A stretch of DNA of 64,000 nucleotides from a virus (Duplodnaviria > Caudoviricetes). Position 1 is the stretch's first letter, and each line of letters opens with the position of its first letter. The notes below the pieces were generated by a model. The model did no database searches, was not told the DNA's origin, and saw nothing but the letters and a program-made list of their open reading frames with translations. The position numbers were made by a program, and so were the translations under genes. The stretch covers positions 7,652 through 71,651 of IMG/VR virus record IMGVR_UViG_3300049142_000060. One strand, given 5' to 3'. Below, piece after piece: positions 9,564 to 18,736 of this stretch.

Positions 9564-10034
9564 GTGGCCAAGGCCGGCTACTCGATCGTCACCGGCGGAG
9601 CCGTCTCGTTGTCGGCGTCAACCACCAAGAGCGTCCTCGGCGTCAAGGCCGCGGCCGACTTCGGGATCGATCTGAAGAAGATCTGGTGGGGGTTCACCGG
9701 CACCACCGCCTCGGAGGCGCCAGTGACCTGCGAACTGTGCTACTGCACGTGGGGTGCGAACGGGCCCGGAACCAACTCCACCAGCGTCACCCCTGCGCAG
9801 GTGTACGGGCGGACCATCGCCCACGGGGTGACCGCGGCGAAGAACTGGACTACCGAACCCACCACCCTGACGGTGATCGGCGAGATCCCCCTCACCCCGA
9901 ACGGTGGGTCGCTGCTGTACGACATTCCGCTGGGGGACACGCCAGACTCCGCACCAGATCACGGGTTCGTCCTGCGATTCACCGCCGGCGCGAGCGTGAG
10001 CGTCCGGGCGTCGATGTTCTTCGAGCGCTGCTGA
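9564..10034 (+). CDS. putative minor tail / structural protein
   Basis: start moved to GTG after AGGAGG; beta-rich 156 aa. Confidence 0.55.
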   Translation: MAKAGYSIVTGGAVSLSASTTKSVLGVKAAADFGIDLKKIWWGFTGTTASEAPVTCELCYCTWGANGPGTNSTSVTPAQVYGRTIAHGVTAAKNWTTEPTTLTVIGEIPLTPNGGSLLYDIPLGDTPDSAPDHGFVLRFTAGASVSVRASMFFERC

Positions 10035-10036
10035 CG

Positions 10037-10729
10037 ATGCCGATCACGATCCACACCAGCCCGGCTGTGGTCAGTGGTGAGCAGCCGACTATCACCACCG
10101 CCTCGTTCACGTCCGTCTCCAACGGCATGCTGATCGCGATGGTGATGGCCACCTCGGACTCGGCGCCAACCGTGTCCGGCGGCGGGCTGACCTGGACCCG
10201 TCAGGTGCAGAACGTGAGCAGCCAGGAGTACGCCGAGATTTGGACGGCTCCGGTGGCGGCCGGCGCGAGCATGACGGTGTCGGCCACCATCGGCGGCAGC
10301 CTCAACGCGCTCGGTCTCAAAGTCGATGTGATCTCCGGCCAGCACCCCAGCAGCCCGATCGGCACCAACGGGACCGGGGCCACGACCACCAACAACGCCA
10401 CCGTGACCGGGTATGTGAGCACCGCGAACGCGAGCCGCGGCTGGTGCGCTGCTCGTGAAGGCGAAGCAGCAGGATCACCTACATCGACCGACACGGGATT
10501 CGGCTGGACGTACACCGTGTCGGGCCTGGTCCCCTACGCCGGAATCGCTCTGCGCAAAGCCGCAGACACCACCAACAGCGGCACCACGGTCACGTTCAAC
10601 ATGGACGCAGCCGGCGAGAGCGCAGCCAACTGGCGGTGGGCCGCCCTGGAAGTCATCCCGGCGCCTCCTCCCAATCCGCGTGCTCCCGTCATGCCGCCCA
10701 CGGCCCTCCACCGCGCCGCATCCTGGTAA
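10037..10729 (+). CDS. Thr/Ser/Gly-rich putative tail protein, paralog of the N-terminus of 60606-62531
   Basis: start moved to ATG 10037; shares PTVSGG.LTWTRQ, LKVDV, TTNNATVTGY and RKAADT with the 641-aa protein. Confidence 0.6.
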   Translation: MPITIHTSPAVVSGEQPTITTASFTSVSNGMLIAMVMATSDSAPTVSGGGLTWTRQVQNVSSQEYAEIWTAPVAAGASMTVSATIGGSLNALGLKVDVISGQHPSSPIGTNGTGATTTNNATVTGYVSTANASRGWCAAREGEAAGSPTSTDTGFGWTYTVSGLVPYAGIALRKAADTTNSGTTVTFNMDAAGESAANWRWAALEVIPAPPPNPRAPVMPPTALHRAASW

Positions 10730-10741
10730 AGGGGGCACTGC

Positions 10742-11821
10742 ATGGCCCGCGCGGGACGCTCATACCCGAACAGGCCCCACCTGGGCCGCCACCCGCGCAA
10801 CTGGGACTGGCTTCTCACGCTGCCCGCGTTCGAGACCACCTCCGAGTGGCCCGCCGTGGTGGTGGACACCCCGAACGCCAGCCTGTTTCTCGGCAACTTC
10901 GAGACCACCTCCGAGTGGCCGCCCCCCGCGCTGGCCTACGACTACCACCTGACGCTGCCGGTCTTCGAGACCACCTCCGAGTGGCCCACGCTGACCGCAG
11001 CGGTGCCGATCCTGCCCGGCGACTCGATCACCGGGAACTACCAGATCGAGTACAACGGCACCCTGTTCGGCGGATACGGCAACGTCTACCAGATCATCGC
11101 CGACTCGGTTGAGGGCTGGGACGATCTGCCCGCCATGGATTCGGCGAACGTGCCCCGCCCCACCTGGCACGGATCATGGCCCGGCAACCTGCGATCACAA
11201 GAACGCCAGGTGACTGCCACTGTCGCCGTCAACGTCGGCCCCGACGACGACTTCGCCGGCACCATCGCCACCCTGCGGCGCCTGCTCGCGCCGCCAGTAG
11301 GCGAGACCGGTGCCCCGCTCGTCGTCAGCACCCGCGACGAAGTGCTGCTGTGCCCTGAAGCGGTCGTCGACACCCGCACCATGCCGATGAGCTCCTACCA
11401 CGCCGGCTGGGTGCCAGTGGCGGTCCGTTGGATCTGCGCCGACCCGCGACGCTACAACGTCATCCGCTCCGGCATCACCATCCCGGCCGGCGCCACCGTA
11501 GACATCAGCAACGCCGGGAACGTTGCCGCGCACCCGCTGCTGCGCATCGACGGTCCCGCCGTGAACCCGACCATCACGAACACGACGCTAGATCGCAGCC
11601 TGTCATTCCTGCTCACCGTGGCCGAAGGGGAGCGGCTCACCATCGACACCGACGCAGGTAACGCCACCGTCGACGGCGAGAACGTGCTGACCACCCTCGT
11701 GGGCACCTCAGCGCCGGTCGGCGACTTCACCTTCGAGCGTGGCATTAACGAGATCACCTTCACCACCGACTCCGGCGGCGCCGCTGGTCTTGTAGCGCTG
11801 TACCGAGACGCCTGGCTGTAG
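10742..11821 (+). CDS. distal-tail (Dit)-like minor tail protein
   Basis: VEGWDDLP...RQVT...WICADPRRY...NAGNVAAHPLLRIDGPAVNP pattern; N-terminal FETTSEWP repeats. Confidence 0.7.
   Translation: MARAGRSYPNRPHLGRHPRNWDWLLTLPAFETTSEWPAVVVDTPNASLFLGNFETTSEWPPPALAYDYHLTLPVFETTSEWPTLTAAVPILPGDSITGNYQIEYNGTLFGGYGNVYQIIADSVEGWDDLPAMDSANVPRPTWHGSWPGNLRSQERQVTATVAVNVGPDDDFAGTIATLRRLLAPPVGETGAPLVVSTRDEVLLCPEAVVDTRTMPMSSYHAGWVPVAVRWICADPRRYNVIRSGITIPAGATVDISNAGNVAAHPLLRIDGPAVNPTITNTTLDRSLSFLLTVAEGERLTIDTDAGNATVDGENVLTTLVGTSAPVGDFTFERGINEITFTTDSGGAAGLVALYRDAWL
10829..10986 (+). repeat. 3 exact 23-bp repeats TTCGAGACCACCTCCGAGTGGCC
   Basis: copies at 10829, 10898 and 10964, in frame (FETTSEWP). Confidence 0.9.
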
Positions 11822-11851
11822 CCGAACCAACTGCGCACCTGGGGGTGAGGG

Positions 11852-13657
11852 TTGCCCGCCAAGGTCCGATCCGCCTCCAGCGCCGCCAACGCCGGCGACA
11901 CCATCATGGTGGACAAGCCAGCCCAGACGGCTCTCGGTGACCTGCTGATCGCCATCCACTTCAACAACGTTGGCACCACCGGTACGGCCGCGCCTGGCTG
12001 GTCACCGATCGGGTCCATCTTCGCCGGCGGGTTCCTTGCCGCCCGCGTATGGCAGCGCACCGCCAGCGCAGCGGAGCCGGACACCTACCAGTTCCGGCAG
12101 CCGCACAGCGCCTCCGGCACCGCGCACATCGTCACGGTGCAAGGCGCCGACCTGACGGTTTCCCCGCAAGTTGAACTCGACTTGGTGCTGGCCGAGGACG
12201 CGCCGACGCCCAGCGTCACACCGGCCGCAGGCTCTCATCTGGAGATTCGCGCCGCAGCCGTCACCCCCTACGTTGGGCAGACCATCACCTGGCAGGCACC
12301 CGGCGGATATGTGCTGCGCGGGGACGAGCAGGAAGCGTTCCAGGTCACCTCCGCGGTGGCGACGCGCCAGCTCAACAGCAGCGCCCCAAGCGGTATCAAG
12401 ACATTCGTCTTCGACCCGCGCGAGAACCGGTTCGGCGCCGCGGTCAGCATCTCGCTGGCGTCGGCGGACAGCGAACCCGAAACCGGGCCACCGCCCCCGG
12501 TGTTCACCCCGGGGCGCGGATCAGCCCTGTACCGGTGGGTCTTCACCCGCTGGGACGGCACCTACCTGGACGACCTGGAACTGGTCAACGTCACCTTCGA
12601 CAAGAGGATCGGCCAGGCCGGCAGCTTCTCCGCCACCATCCCCATCACTTCAGCCAGGATCCGTGACCGTGTCGCCCGGGTCATCAGCCCCAACCCGGCC
12701 GACCTCGGCGTAGGCCCCGGCGTGGTCACCTGCCAAGTGCTGCGGGCAGGCGTCCCCTGGGGGGAGTACTGGATCACCGCGGCGTCGGTATCCCGTTCGG
12801 GCCGAGAGGCGCCCAGCATCTCGCTGACCGGGTCCACCATGGATGCCTACATGACTCAGGTCGAGATCCAGGACAACCTGACGTTCGAAGGCGAAGACCA
12901 GATCGACATCGCCCGAGCGCTGATCGAGTCGATGCAAGCCCGCGACCACGCCGGCCTGCGGCTCATCACCCAGGACGGGATCAGCAGCGTCCCCCGGGAC
13001 CGCACCTACCTCGCTAACGAAGGCTCCTACGGGCAACGTCTCCAGGAACTCGCGCAAGCCGACAACGGCTTCGAATGGACGGTCAACATTGTCGCCGGCC
13101 CCTCCGGAGTCGAGCGACACTGGGTGTGGGGAGCCCCCACCCTCGGCAGCAGCCAGGTGGCGCACGTCTTCTCCGACGCCCGCGGCGACATCCTGTCCTG
13201 GTCGGAAGAGATCGACGCTCTCCGTGGTGGAACCTACTGGCGGGCGCGAGGCGACTCCGCCAGCGACGACGCCTCCACCACCGGCACATCACTCATGTCC
13301 GCGCCGGCCCTCGCCGAAGCTCATCTCGCGGCCGGCTGGCCGCGGCTGGACCGCACCATCACTTACTCCAGCGTCTCGCAGCAGACCACTCTGGACGACT
13401 ACGCCGCCTACTGGGCTGCGAACGCCCCCGGCGCGCTACGGGTCGACTCCATCACCGTGGCGCTCGGCAAGACCCCCACGTTCACGCCCAACAACCTGGG
13501 CGATCAGGCTCGGATCTTCCTGCACAACGAGTGGCATCCAGCCCAATCCCGCGTGCGCCGCATCATCGGGATCGGCATCACCCCGCCATCCAGCGACAAC
13601 GGCAAAGAGGTCGCTCAACTCATCTTTGAAGGAATCGAGGCGCCCAGCGGTGGATAA
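11852..13657 (+). CDS. minor tail protein (baseplate hub / gp37-like C-terminal part)
   Basis: LDDLELVNVTFDKRIGQAGSFSATIP...GVPWGEYWI...YGQRLQELAQADNGFEW. Confidence 0.7.
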   Translation: MPAKVRSASSAANAGDTIMVDKPAQTALGDLLIAIHFNNVGTTGTAAPGWSPIGSIFAGGFLAARVWQRTASAAEPDTYQFRQPHSASGTAHIVTVQGADLTVSPQVELDLVLAEDAPTPSVTPAAGSHLEIRAAAVTPYVGQTITWQAPGGYVLRGDEQEAFQVTSAVATRQLNSSAPSGIKTFVFDPRENRFGAAVSISLASADSEPETGPPPPVFTPGRGSALYRWVFTRWDGTYLDDLELVNVTFDKRIGQAGSFSATIPITSARIRDRVARVISPNPADLGVGPGVVTCQVLRAGVPWGEYWITAASVSRSGREAPSISLTGSTMDAYMTQVEIQDNLTFEGEDQIDIARALIESMQARDHAGLRLITQDGISSVPRDRTYLANEGSYGQRLQELAQADNGFEWTVNIVAGPSGVERHWVWGAPTLGSSQVAHVFSDARGDILSWSEEIDALRGGTYWRARGDSASDDASTTGTSLMSAPALAEAHLAAGWPRLDRTITYSSVSQQTTLDDYAAYWAANAPGALRVDSITVALGKTPTFTPNNLGDQARIFLHNEWHPAQSRVRRIIGIGITPPSSDNGKEVAQLIFEGIEAPSGG

Positions 13658-14042
13658 GTTCCCAGGAGACCTCACCGACGAGGTGGCGCGTCTACGCGCC
13701 GAGATAAATGAGCTGAAGGCCCTGCTGAAGTCGCGGCCGGCCCTCACACAGGCGTCTCAGGGCTGGCGTATGGCCAACATGACAATCCCAGCCGTTGGCG
13801 CGGGAGAGATCCATGTCGGCGCCAACGGCGACGACTTCTACGCGGCCACCTCGTCCGGCGTGAAGCGCATCCTGTCGCCAGCGGCACCGATCGCTAACCA
13901 GGCGAACTTCACCTCCAGCGACATCTCCAGCACCCCCACCGCGGCCCAGTACAACGCGCTCCGAGCGGACGCCGTAGCCACACGCCAGTACGCGTTCGAC
14001 CTGACCACGCGGCTGCGGAACGCGGGCCACATTCTCATCTGA
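13650..14042 (+). CDS. minor tail protein
   Basis: start moved to GTG 13650 overlapping the previous stop. Confidence 0.55.
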   Translation: MDKFPGDLTDEVARLRAEINELKALLKSRPALTQASQGWRMANMTIPAVGAGEIHVGANGDDFYAATSSGVKRILSPAAPIANQANFTSSDISSTPTAAQYNALRADAVATRQYAFDLTTRLRNAGHILI

Positions 14043-14132
14043 CCGGTGCCGCCCGTCGTTGAGGGTGCGGACGGGCGGCACCACCTTCCACATACTGCGG
14101 CCCTGCCGCACCGACATAGATCGAGGTGCTGT

Positions 14133-14426
14133 GTGCAGGACCCGAACATCCTCAGCTACCTCCTGAACGCCGGCCTGGCCGGCTTGGTGCTGGTCCTGTT
14201 CGTCAAAGGCTTCATCGTTCCCAAGCCGAGCTGGGACCGGATGTTCAAAGAGATGGAGCAGTGGCGGAAGCTCTACGAGAGCGAGCGGGCAGCCCACGAG
14301 CTGACGCGTAAAGCTCACGCCGAAGAGACCCGCGCGGCCTTGGCGGCTGCGGCGGAAGGCAGCCAGACAGCAACGGCGCTGCTGGAGGAAGTCCGGAAGC
14401 GCCAAAGCGGAGCTGGTGGCCGATGA
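14133..14426 (+). CDS. membrane protein of lysis region (1 TM + coiled coil)
   Basis: LLNAGLAGLVLVLFVKGFIVP followed by a charged helix. Confidence 0.55.
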   Translation: MQDPNILSYLLNAGLAGLVLVLFVKGFIVPKPSWDRMFKEMEQWRKLYESERAAHELTRKAHAEETRAALAAAAEGSQTATALLEEVRKRQSGAGGR

Positions 14427-14620
14427 GCCGGGACTTTGACGAGATTGAGCGGGCGGAGCGGGAGGCCGCGGAGTCGCGGCTACGCGCACAGCAGGAGCTG
14501 AGACAGGCGCGCGAGCGTGCTGGGCGGACGTTGTCGATCGCGCGTCGTTTGCGTGAGCTGCGGGAGGCCAACGGGTTTGGTGCGCTGCTGGATGAGGCGT
14601 TCGGAGGCGGCCATGGATAG
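14423..14620 (+). CDS. small lysis-region protein
   Basis: 65 aa; ATGA overlap; ...RELREANGFGALLDEAFGG. Confidence 0.55.
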   Translation: MSRDFDEIERAEREAAESRLRAQQELRQARERAGRTLSIARRLRELREANGFGALLDEAFGGGHG

Positions 14621-14930
14621 CCCCGTGTTTTTGGTCGGGTCGGCGCTGCTGGTGTTGACCGCGCTGCTGGCGTTGGCGTGCGTGGTCGCTCAGGCGCTGC
14701 TGGCGCGCTGGTGGAGCACGGCTGCCGGCCGGCACGTGATGGCGTTCCAGAGCGTTCTGGCGGCCATCTCTGGGTTGTGGGCGCTGAGGGTGTGGTTCCC
14801 CGACGCCGCGTGGCTACTGGTGGCCCGATTGATCGCGTTTGCCCTCTTGCCCGTCGTCTTGGCCTGGCGTTTGACGATCATCATCCAGACCTGGCGCAAG
14901 CTGCGCCACGAGCACATGAAGGGGGCGTGA
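14613..14930 (+). CDS. putative holin (3 TM)
   Basis: start moved to ATG 14613; three hydrophobic segments; basic C-terminus. Confidence 0.55.
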   Translation: MDSPVFLVGSALLVLTALLALACVVAQALLARWWSTAAGRHVMAFQSVLAAISGLWALRVWFPDAAWLLVARLIAFALLPVVLAWRLTIIIQTWRKLRHEHMKGA

Positions 14931-15079
14931 TGAGCGAACAGCCTGACGAGGCGCACCTGGTCGCCACGGCAGTGGACACCCGCGACTGGGGCCCCAGCGA
15001 GGCCGACGAGGAAGCCGTCCTGCGGGAGCTGTACGGGGAGCCCGACGTGGGCGGCATCTACCGCGGGGTGGCCGAGTGA
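14930..15079 (+). CDS. small acidic protein preceding endolysin
   Basis: MSEQPDEAH...; translationally coupled to both neighbours. Confidence 0.45.
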   Translation: MSEQPDEAHLVATAVDTRDWGPSEADEEAVLRELYGEPDVGGIYRGVAE

Positions 15080-15855
15080 CCGTCGAAAGCATGCTGGCCA
15101 CGGCCCGCAAGAGCCTGGGCTTGGTCGGCCGGCCGAACTACATCACGAGGGACTACGCCCGCCGGCACGGCGCCGAGTTCCTGGATGCGCCGTGGTGTGA
15201 CATGAGCATCACGTACTGGGCGCGCGTGTCCGGCAACGCGAAGGCTGTCCTCCCGGACGGGGATAGGGCTTACACGGTGTGGCACGCCGAGGACGGCCGC
15301 GACCTCGGCCGCTGGCATCCCGGCACCGCGGAGGCCATCAAGGCGCACGCCAAGCCCGGCGCCGTTGTGTTCTTCGACTGGGACGGCTCGAACACGATCG
15401 GCCGTATCGACCACGTCGGGCTGGTGGAGCGCAATCTCGGCGATGGCCGCGTCGTGACGATCGAGGGCAATACGGAGGACGCCTGCAAGCGCCGTGTCCG
15501 CGGGTCGTCCGTCGTTGCCGGCTTCTGGAACCCGCCCTACAAGACCACCACTGAGCAGGAGGACGACGTGGCCGCTAAGGACCTGTGGCAGCACGAGCTG
15601 AAGGTGCCGTTCGGTAGCGCGGAGAACCCGGAGTGGCAGGCCGGGAACGTGCTCGTCAACGCCGCCAAGTGGATCCACGAGATGCGCTCGCGGCTCGCCG
15701 AGATGGACGCAAAGCTCGACGCGCACAACGTGACCATCAAGGCGCTGGCCGATGCTCTGGCCGAACGGAACGAGAACCTGGACGCTGACGCGCTGATCGA
15801 CAGGATCCGGACCCAACTCGACAACGTGTCCGTGCACCTGGAAGTCGGCAAGTAG
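15076..15855 (+). CDS. endolysin, CHAP domain
   Basis: APWCDMSITYW...VFFDWDG...DHVGLVE...VVTIEGNT. Confidence 0.88.
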   Translation: MTVESMLATARKSLGLVGRPNYITRDYARRHGAEFLDAPWCDMSITYWARVSGNAKAVLPDGDRAYTVWHAEDGRDLGRWHPGTAEAIKAHAKPGAVVFFDWDGSNTIGRIDHVGLVERNLGDGRVVTIEGNTEDACKRRVRGSSVVAGFWNPPYKTTTEQEDDVAAKDLWQHELKVPFGSAENPEWQAGNVLVNAAKWIHEMRSRLAEMDAKLDAHNVTIKALADALAERNENLDADALIDRIRTQLDNVSVHLEVGK

Positions 15856-16006
15856 TGGGCCGGATCTGGCTGTGCTTCTGGCCGTACCAGGAGCGCCTAC
15901 CGCACCACTCTGAGCCTGTCTCGTACGAGGCGGCACAAGAGCTTCCCGGTCGGGTGCCCGGCTGGGTGGACGAGAGCAACTGACGCGAGCCCCTGAGCGG
16001 CTCACC

Positions 16007-16040
16007 GAGGGCGGTCCCGAGTGGCCGCCCTTTCGCATTC
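16007..16040 (+). terminator. hairpin + TTTCGCATTC (copy 3)
   Basis: GGGCGG...CCGCCC followed by TTTCGCAT. Confidence 0.55.
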
Positions 16041-16064
16041 CCAATCCCGAGGAGACACCCTCAC

Positions 16065-16598
16065 ATGCGCATCACCAAATCCTTAGCTCTGCTCGCCGCC
16101 GGCGTCATGGCCGTTGGTGCGACCGGCGCCGCTGCGGCGACCGCTTCCGCGGACGTGCCGGGCCTGGCCGTCACTCAGATCGGCTACAACGCACGGGGCG
16201 CGGACAACTACTGGAACCGCAACAAGGAGTACGTCGACATCACGGCGTCCGCCTCGGTCAACGTGAAGGGGCTGCGCCTCGACGACCAGTGGGCGAAGAC
16301 CCACGCTGGCGACGACCGCGCCTGCAACACCTTCACGGTGACTTCGCTGCCGGGCGTCGAGGCTGGCGCGGACGGTGCTGTCGTCCTGCCCGCCGGCCAC
16401 TGGATCCGCGTGCACAGCGGCGCCGGCGTGCCCTCGGTGTCGGACGGCGGCAAGCGGCACAACGTCTACATGGACTCCAAGTGCGGCTGGAAGGGCCACA
16501 TCTGGGGCAACCTGGGCGACTCCGCCTGGATCACGCTCGGCGAGGACTCGGAGTCGGCGACGTACGACTTCGAGGCCGGCTACACGGTCAAGCCGTAA
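16065..16598 (+). CDS. secreted lamin-tail-domain-like protein
   Basis: signal peptide; QIGYNARG.D...EYVDIT...IRVHSGAG...HIWGNLGDSAWI. Confidence 0.65.
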   Translation: MRITKSLALLAAGVMAVGATGAAAATASADVPGLAVTQIGYNARGADNYWNRNKEYVDITASASVNVKGLRLDDQWAKTHAGDDRACNTFTVTSLPGVEAGADGAVVLPAGHWIRVHSGAGVPSVSDGGKRHNVYMDSKCGWKGHIWGNLGDSAWITLGEDSESATYDFEAGYTVKP

Positions 16599-16607
16599 GG
16601 AGGCAAC

Positions 16608-16964
16608 ATGCCTACGATCTTCGGCCGGGAGCCGGCCATCATCCTCGGGTTCGTGTCGGCGGCTCTGCAGATGCTGACGGCGTTCGTCTTGCCTCTCACC
16701 TCTGACCAGGTGGGCGCCATCAACGCTGTGGCCGCGGCGGGAATCGGCATGTGGACGGCATTCGTCACCCGCGCCGCTGATGGGGGATCCTCGATCCAGA
16801 CCGCGGTCCTCGGCTTCGCCCAGGCTGGCATCACGCTCGCGCTCGTGTTCGGGCTGAACCTGTCGGACGAGCAGACCGCGGCCATCATGGCGTTCGTCGC
16901 CATGGGGGTCAGTATGTTCGTGCGTCAGGTATCGAGCCCGAAGGGCGTCCGCCTCGTTCGCTAG
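16608..16964 (+). CDS. holin-like membrane protein (4 TM)
   Basis: MPTIFGREPA; duplicated 2-TM unit; GGAGG RBS. Confidence 0.65.
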   Translation: MPTIFGREPAIILGFVSAALQMLTAFVLPLTSDQVGAINAVAAAGIGMWTAFVTRAADGGSSIQTAVLGFAQAGITLALVFGLNLSDEQTAAIMAFVAMGVSMFVRQVSSPKGVRLVR

Positions 16965-16997
16965 CGGTACCGACGACCAAGCCCACCCCTCCCCGGG

Positions 16998-17049
16998 TGA
17001 CGAACGGCCCTGCACCTCTACGGAGGTGCAGGGCCGCTTTCGTGCTGTC
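16998..17049. terminator. bidirectional hairpin ending late transcription
   Basis: GGCCCTGCACCTC...GAGGTGCAGGGCC then TTTCGTGCTGTC, between convergent genes. Confidence 0.7.
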
Positions 17050-17052
17050 CGG

Positions 17053-17844
17053 CTAATCGTCGTCGCCCGTGGTGATGTCGCCGAGGTAGTCGCGTGCGGC
17101 GCGGCCGAGGCTGTCTTCGCGGACCAGCAGCGTGACGCCCTTCCCCGGCTCCCAGGTGGCGACTGCCTTGAGGTCGTCGGTGTGGGTGGGGTTCTGTCCG
17201 TCGCCCTCGTTGGGCTCCCACTGCTCCTTGGTCCAGGCCTTCGCGTCGGCGGCGAATTGCCCGAGCATGTGGTCGCCGCCGATGAGTAGGGACCATGCGT
17301 TGTCGCCGCGAGCGATGACGAGAATGTCGCTGTTGGTCTCGTACAGGGTGACGGCGATGTCCACGTCCGTCTCGTCGAATCCCCAGTCGCTGATGTTGGC
17401 AAGGTCGCTGACCTGCTTCTCGTACAGCTTTTCGATCTCGTCGCGGTCGGAGCTGTCGATCAGCTCCGCCTCGTTCGGGTCGTCGTGGACCATCGCCCAC
17501 CGCTTCTGCCCGTCCAGCTCGAACTCGACGACGCGGATGTGGTAGTCCTTCGCGCCGCTGTCGCCGACGCTGTAGGACTCTCGCACGATGTGGCCAGCCT
17601 CGACGGCGGCGCGCACTTCATCGCGGATGTCGGGGGTGACGGTGGGGTCGACGCGGTCGATGGTGGAGGAGACGGTGCGCACGATGGGCTCCTTGGCGAT
17701 CCGGTTGATGGGGACGATGGCGGCGACTCGGCGGCCGTGCCTCGTGATGTAGGTGATCTCGCCTGCGTACTCCGCGCGGTTCACCAGGTCCCCGAACTTG
17801 GCGCGTCCTTCGCGGAGGCCGATCTCGTTCTCGCTCACAACCAT
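17053..17844 (-). CDS. Phd/YefM DNA-binding domain fused to an acidic domain of about 200 aa
   Basis: IGLREGRAKFGDLVNRAEYAGEITYITRHGRRVAAIVP. Confidence 0.75.
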   Translation of the reverse strand: MVVSENEIGLREGRAKFGDLVNRAEYAGEITYITRHGRRVAAIVPINRIAKEPIVRTVSSTIDRVDPTVTPDIRDEVRAAVEAGHIVRESYSVGDSGAKDYHIRVVEFELDGQKRWAMVHDDPNEAELIDSSDRDEIEKLYEKQVSDLANISDWGFDETDVDIAVTLYETNSDILVIARGDNAWSLLIGGDHMLGQFAADAKAWTKEQWEPNEGDGQNPTHTDDLKAVATWEPGKGVTLLVREDSLGRAARDYLGDITTGDDD

Positions 17845-17846
17845 GA

Positions 17847-17872
17847 GAGTACACAGTTTTCATTGTGTACAC
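17847..17872. promoter_or_regulatory. Phd-type operator pair GAGTACAC-N10-GTGTACAC
   Basis: two 8-bp palindromic sites starting 2 nt upstream of the Phd-fusion ATG. Confidence 0.65.
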
Positions 17873-17896
17873 AATAGGCTTGGACGTGTTGCCTCA

Positions 17897-17944
17897 TGAC
17901 GAAGCCCGCCGCTCCGTGCCGAGCGGCGGGCCGTTTCGTGCTGT
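17897..17944. terminator. hairpin terminator
   Basis: GCCCGCCGCTC...GAGCGGCGGGC then TTTCGTGCTGTC. Confidence 0.65.
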
Positions 17945-17947
17945 CTG

Positions 17948-18247
17948 TCAGACGCGCTTCCACCGCCACTGGCCGTTGTCGTAGACGCTGCACTTGTACC
18001 TGCGGTTGGTGACCTTCGCGTACCCGTACCTGCTGCGCGCGGCCGTGGGGCAGTAGGCGCCCGGGGTGACGCACCGCCACACGTTGCCGTCCCGCTTGTA
18101 GGTGCAGGCGTGCGCCGCGGTGGCCTGGACGGCGGCTGAGGCCGGCACAGAGACAGCTACGGGGACGGCGAGGGCTGAGCCGGCGAGAGCGGCGGCGACG
18201 ATCAGGCGCTTGAGCAACGAGAACCTCCGGTGGCTGGAATGCGACAC
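17948..18247 (-). CDS. small secreted cationic 4-Cys protein
   Basis: signal peptide (RRFSLL...ASAA); mature part CTY...CVTPGAYC...YKC...WRWKRV. Confidence 0.6.
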   Translation of the reverse strand: MSHSSHRRFSLLKRLIVAAALAGSALAVPVAVSVPASAAVQATAAHACTYKRDGNVWRCVTPGAYCPTAARSRYGYAKVTNRRYKCSVYDNGQWRWKRV

Positions 18248-18400
18248 AGGTGTGACGGCCGCTTACGGCCTGTGGTTGGCGGTCAGGGGTGGCCGGATGT
18301 GGACGCCGGGATCCTGTAACGCTGCGGCGCCTGAAGGGTTGGCGCTCCAGGGGGTCATAGGATCGGCTCGCACCAAACGCACCACCCCGGGGAGACGCTC

Positions 18401-18637
18401 ATGGCCGACTACGATCCGCCCGCCGAGCTTGTCGAGCTCAAGGCGGCCTTTCTCACGAACGAGGCCGCGCTGCCAGCGCTCACTGGGGAGGAGTGGCGGG
18501 AAGCGCGCGAGAAGAGCCTGGAGATAGCGCTCGCGCTGCACCGCGCCGAGTGGTGGAAGACGGTGGACAGCCGCTACGGGGCGGACATGGCGCTCCTCAA
18601 GGCCGCCAAGGACCGCCTCTCGACCGAAGCCGGGTGA
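18401..18637 (+). CDS. hypothetical protein
   Basis: 78 aa, GGAG RBS, followed by a terminator hairpin. Confidence 0.55.
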   Translation: MADYDPPAELVELKAAFLTNEAALPALTGEEWREAREKSLEIALALHRAEWWKTVDSRYGADMALLKAAKDRLSTEAG

Positions 18638-18685
18638 TCGGCGTACGGTGTGCCGGACGGACTCTTTTGGGACCGCTGCCTCGAC

Positions 18686-18725
18686 GAGACGCCCCGTCCA
18701 CCTTCGGGTGGGCGGGGCGTCTTCG
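18686..18725. terminator. bidirectional terminator
   Basis: GACGCCCCG...CGGGGCGTC between convergent genes. Confidence 0.65.
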
Positions 18726-18736
18726 TGTCGTCTGGG

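Noticed and set aside
10829-10986. Mini CRISPR array (23-bp repeats, 43-46-bp spacers)
   Set aside because: Repeats are in frame within a tail gene, are not palindromic, and no cas genes or leader are present.
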